From: Mizuhopecten yessoensis
Lineage: Eukaryota
Direction: 5' to 3'
DNA: 64,000 nt
Assembly: GCF_002113885.1 (NCBI RefSeq)
Contig: NW_018406461.1
Location: 19,799-83,798 of the forward strand
Shown here: piece by piece, positions 23,906 to 34,132 of the stretch
Layout: every line of letters begins with the position of its first letter
How positions within the stretch are numbered: position 1 is the first letter of the stretch
Translations under genes and position numbers: made by a program
Notes under the pieces: model-generated
What the model was told of the DNA's origin: nothing
The model's database searches: none
What the model saw: only the letters and a program-made list of their open reading frames with translations

Positions 23906-25114
23906 ATGCTCTGTATCAAAATGTTTACAACCGAATCTGCACTGGCAATTACTGGAAATAATAATAGTTCAACAAATATTTTCGATGATTATGAAAACAT
24001 AACTTTAGTGAATAATAGGAGTGAAAATAATTCTTTCGTCATCGATCAGTCAGTGATGGATATTTTGCAGAAAATATTAGCGTGTGGAATCATTCCACCT
24101 ATGTCTGCCTTTGGAATCGTTGGTAATATCCTAGCTCTGATCATTTTGATCCGCCGGAAACCTATTAATTCCACTACAGTTGTTCTCATCGCCATCGCAA
24201 TTGCTGATCTTGCGTTCATAGTTACGACATTCGTCACACTTGCCACCCTGCTTATCAAGGTTTTCTATCCAGAAAACGCGAAGGAGGTCTCGGTAAAAAC
24301 CATCATTCCTTTCTCCGTATATCTTGGTCCTCTTCCGGGCAGAATTTCTAACTGGTTAGTGGCTCTTGTTTCGCTGGAACGTCTCATCGCTGTAACGCGT
24401 CCCTTCAAAGTGAAACAAATATGTACAAAGAAGATAATGATAGTACTGTCGATTGTTCTTCCCTTGTCGGTTGCCGTTCTCACCAGCCCGAAGCTTTGGC
24501 TATACGAGATAAAGGACGTGACCTTACCTGACGGCAATACAACGAAAATCATTGCTCTCGGTTTTATTGGTCGACAGAAGCAACTTTTCGAAGTCTACTA
24601 TCTTGTTTCAGAAACCCTATTACGGTTTGTACCTATGGGCGTGATAATCGTTTCCAATACTATTATCATTTTTGTTATCTGCATACAGGCAAAGTGGAGA
24701 AGGCAGAAACAAAATCATGCTATGGGCAAACAACGACAGATAACAAAGACGCTCTTTACTATCACCTGTATTTTCATCGTCTGTTTGTTACCTTCAACAA
24801 TTTCACGCCTAATGGTTCTCTTCGACCCCAACAGCAACCACGTCAAGTACAGTTCAAATGTCTACAGTCTGCTAAGTTTAATTGGACTGCTTACGGAAAC
24901 CACCAACTCCTCTATCAACTTCGTGATCTACGTTACCATGAACAGTGCATACCGTCAACAACTCTATCTTATTTGTGGCAAGAGATGCGGAAATAAAACA
25001 ATTTCTAAATTTGCTTCCGCTGCCAACATGAAAAGAAGCAGTCGCGCCACGGATCTTTCTGTTACAGACTTAACGTCAACGTCAACGGAGGACACTGAGG
25101 TAGTTCATATGTGA
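23906..25114 (+). CDS. Intronless class A GPCR, paralog A copy 2 (true start probably 23921)
   Basis: 402 aa; I count 7 substitutions versus A1; intact ORF. Confidence 0.93.
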   Translation: MLCIKMFTTESALAITGNNNSSTNIFDDYENITLVNNRSENNSFVIDQSVMDILQKILACGIIPPMSAFGIVGNILALIILIRRKPINSTTVVLIAIAIADLAFIVTTFVTLATLLIKVFYPENAKEVSVKTIIPFSVYLGPLPGRISNWLVALVSLERLIAVTRPFKVKQICTKKIMIVLSIVLPLSVAVLTSPKLWLYEIKDVTLPDGNTTKIIALGFIGRQKQLFEVYYLVSETLLRFVPMGVIIVSNTIIIFVICIQAKWRRQKQNHAMGKQRQITKTLFTITCIFIVCLLPSTISRLMVLFDPNSNHVKYSSNVYSLLSLIGLLTETTNSSINFVIYVTMNSAYRQQLYLICGKRCGNKTISKFASAANMKRSSRATDLSVTDLTSTSTEDTEVVHM

Positions 25115-26938
25115 TACTAATTTTCAGTTCGGTTGGTTCAGAATGATATTTCTCATGAAGGTAAGAAAACTTCCAGATTTATTTAAATGTATAAAAGCCC
25201 GACGGTAGGAAAAAAGTAAAGGACGTCACCGATGACATAACAGATGACATAACAGTGTTATATACAAATTTGTCGTTTTTTAAGAAATGAGAAAATAAAA
25301 CAAAGAAGAATCTCGTCATATATTAACGTTTTTTATCGCAATGTTTTAACAGGTATAAAAGAAAATTGAGGAAAGCGAAATGACCATTTATCTGTTACCG
25401 TATGAATATGTGAAATTATTGTGATTAAGGTATAAACATCTAACGGTATGGGAGAAAAATAATCAATCACTCATGTGTGATGTAGACAGAGATATCTCAA
25501 CCCTCGGGCAAAGCCTCGTGCTAAACCTAAAACAATATTTCACCCTCTGGTTGGGATATCTCTGTCTTCATCAAACAGGAGTGATAGATTCTATTAATCG
25601 CAAACAATGGTTCTCAGCATCCCTTCTAATGATAATCACACTATACTAAATGGTTTTAAGCAATGTGATCATAAAACTGATAGGGATATCTTAGAAAGTG
25701 TTTCAACCTTGATCTCAAAACGGTTGATATAAATAGAATAACAAATTAATAAGTTACAATGTACAAATATTGTAAACATGAATATACATATACCAGTAAA
25801 ATGTCTTTATGCTCACTTGTACATGTACTATACAATTGGCATTATACTGAATGTTTGTAAACAATGTGACGATGAAACTAATAAGACCATGCTTAACATT
25901 GATTCCACTTTTATCACAAACTCAATCTAGTTTATATAGATAGATGAAGATAGACAGATTAAGAACCCAGAAAAAGATTAGCCTTGGGCTGAATCAGGTT
26001 TTATATCTCAATAAACAAGTTGAATAAAATTTATAGAAAACGGAGGGTATTCTACATTTGGTTGTTTTTAATATCATAACAAATATATGAAATTATCTAA
26101 TACGAATAAGGTATGCTTTCCTAATAATTCATTCTGGACAAGTAACGAGACACATTTAATGCACTATGTAGTTTATTTAAATAATTGTACACTACTTTAA
26201 ACCGATTGCATACCCAGTTTATTATTGGGAAATATCTTACATGACCAGCATAGTTTATTGATATAATATTCGAACTTTCCCATGTTTCCCACTAAATATT
26301 TAATTAATTACAGGTCACTTTGTGTTGATCTTGAAACATAAAAGAGTACCTAGTCAGTGATGATGGACAGTGTTTTCTCTGGTGATGCCAAAACTCAACA
26401 AAGACTGACCAACAATTCTTCATTTATCAATTGATTTAGCTCCCCTATACCACTATCTTGCATATTGATATTTATATGTAAATATTTTTTTTCCACGATT
26501 TTTTATTTCACTTATTGTAAATACATTATTAAACTAATGCATACAAAGGCATCTTTATATCTATAAGGAGAGCATAATTTAAGTCTAGTCCATTTTTCGA
26601 TCCCTTTCATGTATAATCTTTTAACAAAATTGTTGAAACTAATTCAATTTAAAAAAAATAAAACAAGTAAAATGAGAACTGGTGTTTGTTGGATGTGTAT
26701 TACTTACAATGACAGAAGACTTTGTAAACTGTTTGACTATATGTAAACATTAACAGATACAAATGTACATATTTTTGCGGATGCCTCATTTTGCAATATG
26801 TTCACGGCTAAAAAAACCCACATGAAATGCAACCCGCAAATTCTCGGTCTTTTTAAAAACAAACAAACATGTTAACAAAATCGTAATTCAAAGTCTATCT
26901 GTGGGATTGTAAACTTCACACGAAGTCCCTTGAAATAG

Positions 26939-27162
26939 GGCCACGGTGGCCAAGTGGTCAAGCCGTCTGGCATTCTGCTACCACTAGCACTCCACCACTG
27001 GGTCGCGGGTTCGAGACCCACGTGGGGCAGTTGCCAGGTACTGGCCGTAGGTCGGTGTTTTTCCTTTGGGAACTCAGGCTTTCCTCCATCACCAAAACCT
27101 GGTACGTCCTTAAATGCCCATAGCTGTTGATAGGAAGGAATGCACAAAACAACCCAAACAAA
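26939..27162 (+). mobile_element. tRNA-derived V-domain-like SINE with Nimb-like 3' tail
   Basis: A box TGGCCAAGTGG, B box GGTTCGAGACC; 12-bp TSD CCCTTGAAATAG (26927-26938, 27163-27174); empty site near 3580-3593. Confidence 0.88.
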
Positions 27163-29756
27163 CCCTTGAAATAGTTAACCTAGATTATACCAATCTTAAT
27201 GATGAAATGATTAATTTCATTAGTTAATAAACATGTATTATTAGTCGACATTACATGCGCTTGAGTGTAGTATTTTCCCACAAGCCAACGCTCTTCCAAA
27301 AACTTTCCCCCAAATGTATTTGTCAAATTAATTTAATTGTGTATGTGCTTAAATATTTGCTAGCCGACAAACTCAAAATGGGGTTTGTAAATCTGTCAAA
27401 TTCTGATATCACGTGTTAACGATTGATGACGATAGATTGGTGGTTTTGATTGATTGTAATAAGCATCTGGTATAAAGCATAAAGACGTCAGCGTTAGTTG
27501 TTTATCGTCTATCGACCAAATGGCGACTGAAACTGAAAAGTCATTCCTAAATATATTCAGATTATGTAGACAAAATAGTAGAGGATCAGAAATGAGAAAT
27601 ACTCAGTTTGCTGTTAAACGAAGACACAAAGGCGTCACGTAATGAATGTTTGCATGCGCAGAATAAAAGAGTAATCTTAATAATTAGAATATCTAGGTCA
27701 CTTTGCTTATTATAGGCGTATAGACACTAAAGTAGACGATACAAAGACTTGTGTTACACTTCACTATGTAGAACAGATACGAACAGCATAATAATGTTTC
27801 TATAATAGTGTGGAAAATTACTCGGGATTAAAAAATAAATAAAATATCATTGTTCATTCTCGTTAAATATTTCACTATAATACACGCACATATGTTGATT
27901 ATTTCTTAATTAAACCAGATGTTCCGGAGGGGCAAGTATACTCGACTACATCCGCGATGTAAAATATGGTCATATATAAAAATATCTTATAAAGAAAATT
28001 AGAATCGGGTTATCACAACAAAAACCATTAACCTCACTGATGAGCGAAATAAAAGACATCGAAATTAATATCACGCAAGAAAATAGAATAGTTCCTTATG
28101 AGATCATGATGACCTTGTCCGTAGCTTTGGTCACCCTGTATCTCTGGATACCCAATGGTGTATGTTTATCCGTCAGCATTCACCACAAAAACAGTAACAA
28201 TTGCTTAAAGCCTATGAATATCAAACTAACAGCGACCTGTTATCACTGTATGTAGGGAAACCAGCGATGATACTATCAAGAAAAGGAAGGTTAACAATAG
28301 GAAAACTGAAATTGGCACGCTTCCAGTTAGTCATGTTATAAGTAACGATCGAAACAAACACGTTTCACAAGAACGACTCGGATCAAAATTTGACAATAAA
28401 GTCGTTTCCGAGCTGACAACGAAACCTGTCATTATCTTCATAAACAAATTCTCACCAGCTACCCAGATTCCACTTAGTTTATGTGAAACGTTTAAGGGCC
28501 GACTTCAAAACCTTTTGAAGTTTTTAAATTTTTAAATTTTTCGAGTAGTTCCCCCCTCCCCCCAACAAAACATAAACAATAAACAAAAACTAACACAAAA
28601 AAATCCTTCGAAATATCCATGGAATTTTTCCCCTGCTGGTGCATTTGCACATTGTATTGAAAACTTTGCTAGCACAGAATGTTGAGCTCAATTATTCTGG
28701 TATCGCCTCCAGCGTTCGTCCGGGTGTCATTCAAGGCTATTTTTTTTATTGTTGTGCTAGTTACTCGTGTAAGCGTGTTGTCGATGCTAAGGTCGATTTT
28801 ACATAGATGGAACTGGAATAAGACAATGTTTTTTTCCGTTCGTAAGTAGTATATATTTAAAGCCATTTTTATTTTCAGTACAAATATTTTATTCCCCCAG
28901 CCGTTTTTTTCATAAATATGTATATACATATACTGCTTCGAAGCAGATATATATATACATATATAAATATTTTGATAGGGGATGCCAGGGTTGGGGAGCC
29001 CTGAAGTCAGCCCCTGAACAATATGGTGTCCTCACGCAGGAGGGTTCTCATTCAACATCCATCAGTCAAACTATAAATAAATAAATAGGAAGGGCAACGG
29101 GAAAAACGATATTAATATATCCGTTATTATTCCGACAAAACTGTTTGCTATTATTCCTAATATAATTGTCTCCTAGTAGAGACATACACAGCTGTTATGA
29201 TTCAGACAAATTAAATCATATGTAATAACGGCAGTATGTTGTAATGGAGACGATTGAATTGAACAAAACAATATTTGTTGGAAGTGTATTGTTTAAATCG
29301 ATAAATAAACAGAGACATTGTAGCAACAGTACAAACTATATCATTTGTACTATTTTCGATGAAACCAAACCCTTTGTCAAGGCATAAACATCAAATAATC
29401 ACAACACTCTAATCTCAAAGGTTTATTGTGTAGTTAGTGACTCTAAGCTATTTCACTGTTCATGTATTTAATTTTATATAAACCTTATATTTAATATCAG
29501 TATGGCATTGTTCTAACATGTAAATATAGATATTACGATAAGATTTATTTCATGGTCACAAAAGGGAAAAACCTGGAAGGAACCGAGTTTTATGCAGCTT
29601 TGAAAATGAAATTGAATTAAATAAATCAGTTTTTGAAATGATTCTTCTTTCGAGCTTGATGCAAAAACAACCACTTACATCTTAACAGTTTATTTAACAA
29701 TTTATGTCCAAATCATTGTATTGGAAGAAAACTGTAGTGATCGCCAAACCCTTTAC

Positions 29757-30110
29757 AATAATAATAATAATAATAATAATTGGAGGTTCTTATATACCGC
29801 TTTATCACAACCTAGTTCGTAGGTCATCTCAAAGCGGTTCACAAATTAATATCAGTGGTTATAGGGCCTTTGTAAGTACATTTCTCAACTCCCTGGGGAG
29901 CATACAACCCGAGCTGCCATTTCGGCGCTAACAGCTAGCATTCAACAATTCTAGCACTGCCCAACCACGTACTCATTTACAGCTGAGTAGACTGGAACAA
30001 GCGGAGTAAAGTATCTTGCTCAAGGAAACAACACAATGCCGTGCCGGGGCGCGAACCCGCAACCCTTCGGTCACAAGCCCGGCGTCCTACCACTAGACTA
30101 CCGTGCCTCC
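29757..30110 (-). mobile_element. tRNA-derived CORE-like SINE with L2-like tail and (TTA)n, intact
   Basis: Minus strand GGAGGCACGGTAGTCTAGTGG (A box), GGTTCGCGCCC (B box), TTCCTTGAGCAAGATACTTT central domain, (TTA)n end. Confidence 0.82.
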
Positions 30111-30115
30111 TAAGC

Positions 30116-30222
30116 CAGTGCTGACGGCCGATCGATAATCTATAAGAGGAATTCATTCGATGTGCATAAATTGATCTTGTTTTCGTTACATAAAACCACG
30201 TGACAGGGAAGATTTTATAAAA
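30116..30222 (+). promoter_or_regulatory. Conserved GPCR core promoter (CACGTG 30197-30202, TATAAAA 30216-30222)
   Basis: Duplicate of 6150-6256. Confidence 0.65.
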
Positions 30223-30266
30223 GAGAACCCAATGCATTTACTATATCAGTCCATATAAGATTAACA

Positions 30267-31508
30267 ATGTTTACAACAGAATCTTCAATAGACTTTGCTG
30301 GAAATGAGAATAGTACAACAAACTCAACTAATGTTTTCGGTAATTACGAAAACTCGACAACCGTGAGTACTGAAGCTGGTTCCAGCAGAAGTAATTATTA
30401 CGTCATAGATCAGTCAGTGATGGATATTTTTAAGAAAATATTGGTGTGTGGAATCATTTCGCCTATGTCTGCCTTTGGAATCGTTGGTAATATACTGGCT
30501 CTGCTTATTTTGATCCGCCGGAAACCTATTAATTCTACTACAGTTGTTCTGATCGCCATCGCAATTGCTGATCTTGCGTTCATTGCTACGACAATTGTAA
30601 ATGTTGTCTCCCTGCTCATCAGGATTTACTACCCAGAAAACGCAAAGGAGGTAACAATGAAAATAATCATTCCTTTCTCCGTATATCTTAGTCCTCTTCC
30701 AGGCAGAATTTCTAACTGGTTAGTGGCTCTTGTTTCGCTGGAACGTCTCATCGCTGTAACGCGTCCCTTCAAAGTGAAACAGATATGTACAAAAAAGTTA
30801 ATGATAGTACTGTCGATTGTTCTTCCCTTGTCGGTTGCCATTCTCACCAGCCCGAAGCTTTGGTTATACGAGGTAAAGGACGTGACCCTACCTGACGGTA
30901 ATGTGACGAAGATCATTGCTCTTGGTTTTATTGGTCGACAGAAGCAGCTCTTCGAAGTGTACTATCTTGTTTCTGAAACTCTATTACGGTTTGTACCTAT
31001 GGGCGTGATAATCGTTTCCAATGCTGTCATCATTTGTGTTACCTGCATACAGGCAAAGTGGAGAAGGCACAAACAAAACTATGTCATGGGTAAACAACCG
31101 TCCACCGACGAGAGACAGATAACAAAGACGCTCCTTACCATCACCTGTATTTTCATCGTCTGTTTGTTACCTTCAACAATTTCACGCCTAATGGTTCTCT
31201 TCGACGCCAACAGCACTTACTACAAGTACAGCTCAAATGTTCACAGTCTGCTAAGTTTTATTGGGCTGCTTACGGAAACCACCAACTCGTCTATCAACTT
31301 TGTGATTTACGTTACCATGAACAGTGCATACCGTCGACAACTCTATCTTATTTGCGGCAAGAGGTTCAAAACGAAAGCCATTTCTAATACCGTTTTCAGT
31401 TCCGTTGCCGGTTCCGCCACATCCGTTAATAAAGGACAAAACTCCCATATAAATCTTTCTACAACCGATTTGTCAACGGTGGAGAGCAGTGGGGATATTC
31501 ACATGTAA
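30267..31508 (+). CDS. Intronless class A GPCR, paralog B copy 2
   Basis: 413 aa; about 7 substitutions plus a 1-aa indel versus B1; intact ORF. Confidence 0.93.
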   Translation: MFTTESSIDFAGNENSTTNSTNVFGNYENSTTVSTEAGSSRSNYYVIDQSVMDIFKKILVCGIISPMSAFGIVGNILALLILIRRKPINSTTVVLIAIAIADLAFIATTIVNVVSLLIRIYYPENAKEVTMKIIIPFSVYLSPLPGRISNWLVALVSLERLIAVTRPFKVKQICTKKLMIVLSIVLPLSVAILTSPKLWLYEVKDVTLPDGNVTKIIALGFIGRQKQLFEVYYLVSETLLRFVPMGVIIVSNAVIICVTCIQAKWRRHKQNYVMGKQPSTDERQITKTLLTITCIFIVCLLPSTISRLMVLFDANSTYYKYSSNVHSLLSFIGLLTETTNSSINFVIYVTMNSAYRRQLYLICGKRFKTKAISNTVFSSVAGSATSVNKGQNSHINLSTTDLSTVESSGDIHM

Positions 31509-32319
31509 CGTTGATTGTTGGGTTTTTCGTTAGAAATCTTTTCCAAAGTGGCAAGAAAATGTCGTTTTGTATTTGAAAACAATCCGACGGCAAAAGACAG
31601 AAGTGAACAAAACTCTATGTGCTCGGCAATAGCAGCGGGATATTAGGGAGAAGTTACTAAGTATGTATTGAAAAGTATGTTATTTTCTTTTAAAATGTAT
31701 GACGTTAAATCAAATAAAAATGAAATCTTGATTTTTAACTGTTATTGTTTACCTCAATGAATTTCTCGTTGTTTTATCATAGTTGATACATGTACTATAA
31801 ATAACAGACAATTCCTTAAAACAAAGTCAAAGCGATAACTTAATATAGTATTAACTATACGGTGTGATTCATCAATAACTTACTGAATTCCAATGTAAGA
31901 TGCTAGTAGATTTATTTGTGTGTGAATAATGTTAATATATGTTATGATAACCTTGTCAGTCCGGACAATTTGGTATCCCGTTATAATTATTTCGGGTATA
32001 TTGAGTTATTAATTTCTCCGTCATAGTCGACTGATTAGTGTCTACTTCCGTTTTAATTTACCGCTTTGTTTATTTCAATGTCAAATCCATCATTCATAGC
32101 AACAATAAATGACGAAATAACGTTTCTTAATTTCTAAGTTACATGTTTTGTCACATTTGTTTGTGGAAATTGATCGTAAATAGTATGCGTCCCGGGATCA
32201 CATTTCTCAGTTGATCGCATACCCTTTACCCGATGATAATCGACACAAATCTAATGTGAAAATACCCACCCAAATTCCAACACTTTTGTGTGCCGATGAC
32301 AGTTAAACTACGGATGAAA

Positions 32320-33075
32320 AGAGTTTACAGTTACGAGATCCTAAAAACACACTCGTACAAAACCTTGCTCTTCGAATATCTCGTATCTTAAAAAAGTCTA
32401 AAATAACTTTTCTATGGATTCCGAGCCATGTCGGAATTAAAGGCAACGAATTTGCAGACAGGGAAGCAAAAATGCATTGAATCTCGAACAAACAAATATC
32501 AAACTACCATACACAGATTTTAAACCTACGATTCGTACAGCCATTCAAAATGAATGGCAGCAACGCTGGTCTCTCGAGACCACCAACAAACTTTTTAAGA
32601 TACAACCGAAACTTAAAACATCTATTCCCAGTCGGAAAGATCGTAGAGAGGAAGTTGTCCTCGCTCGGCTCCGTACTGGGCACACATATCCTACTCATTC
32701 GTACCTTTTAAAACGAGAAGATCTACCTTCATGCCACGCATGTGACACTCCATTTACAGTGGAACATTTTTTAATAGAATGTTCCGATTTTAAACACATT
32801 CGTGATAACTACTTTCGAGTCCCGGATTTGAAAACACTTTTCAGTTCCGTGGACTCGAAGGCATTATTTAACTATTTGAAAGACATCGGTCTATTTTATA
32901 GACTCTGCTGTCTTTTAACCCACGTTACCCTTTTTGACGTTATATATATATCACATATTCCATATCATCTATTCATTATCTCTTTTATTATTTTAACCCC
33001 CCTTTTATTTTTTATTATCTAAATGACCACAGCCGTCGCTGGGCCGTTAAACATAAACAAAACAAACAAACAAAA
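32320..33075 (+). mobile_element. Nimb/I LINE 3' fragment, same insertion site as 11261-12052
   Basis: Matches ~60199-61068 with a frameshift and a 3'UTR deletion; same downstream flank and shared GTCGCTGGG variant. Confidence 0.9.
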
Positions 33076-33504
33076 ATATATATATATATAATTACAAAAT
33101 AGTTACAGTTCACTTACTACTTAACAGTGTGTCAACCAATTACGGTTTCAATTTCCCGCAAAAAGGTTAGAATTAAACTATTAATAATTATAGTTCACAG
33201 CTAAAAGCTACATTTAACACCAATCAACAGTTATCACTAAATATCAAATTCAACAAATGATGATTACAACTAACACCCCAAATATTACATTTTATAATGT
33301 ACCACTAGTAATATACATATTCATAATTAAATATTATTGTTCACTTGATTTAGCAATGCACTACCTGTTACACTCACATATAAATAGCTCGTTAACAACT
33401 GAATAGTTACAGTTTGCAACTTAATCGTGAAAATTCCCCACTTATTAATTTCAGTTCATCAACAAATAGTTAGATTTTACTTTTAAATAGTTACGTTTAT
33501 CCGT

Positions 33505-34132
33505 TTTATTAGCCCACTATCATCTGATGGTGGGCTATTCAAATCACCCTGCGTCCGTGGTCCGTCGTCCGTCGTCCGTCCTTAAACAATTCTTGTTATC
33601 GGTATTTTTCAAGGAGTACCAGAGGGATCTTTCTCAAATTTTATATTAAGGTTCCTCTTGGTCCTTAGCTGTGCAGGACAACTTTTGAGACTGATCGGAT
33701 AAACAACATGGCCGACAGGCAGCCATCTTGGATTTTGATATTGAAAGTTTGTTATCGCTATTTCTCAAGAAGTACCAGAGGGATCTTTCTCAAATTTTAT
33801 ATGTAGGTTCCCCTTGATCTCTCGTTGTGCATGTTATATGTTGAGACTGATCATAAAAACAATATGGATTAAAAGAAAAACTAAACAGATCTTTCTCATA
33901 TTGCAATAATCGATTCTATTTCTTTCACATTAAGTACTGTACTAGTAAATATGTGAAACGACAAACTCACTTTGAAGGTTGGCTTTCATACACATCGGTG
34001 TTAAGTTTAGATCAAAAGTTACCTCAAGGTACATTTACTGTTAACATGACTCGATCAAATAGATAAGAGGAAAGAAGAGAAAAGATCAAACTGACAAAGA
34101 ACTAATGAAGATGGTACTATGGGATCACTTGT
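33505..34132 (+). mobile_element. HINE-like element present only in block copy 2
   Basis: 5' TAGCCCAC..GTGGGCTA inverted repeat, (CCGT)n, two core units; empty T-rich site near 12890 in copy 1. Confidence 0.8.

Noticed and set aside
26939-27025. tRNA-like A/B boxes as real tRNA genes (also 30040-30110 and 43775-43820)
   Set aside because: They continue into SINE bodies and tails; no complete cloverleaf or Pol III terminator seen
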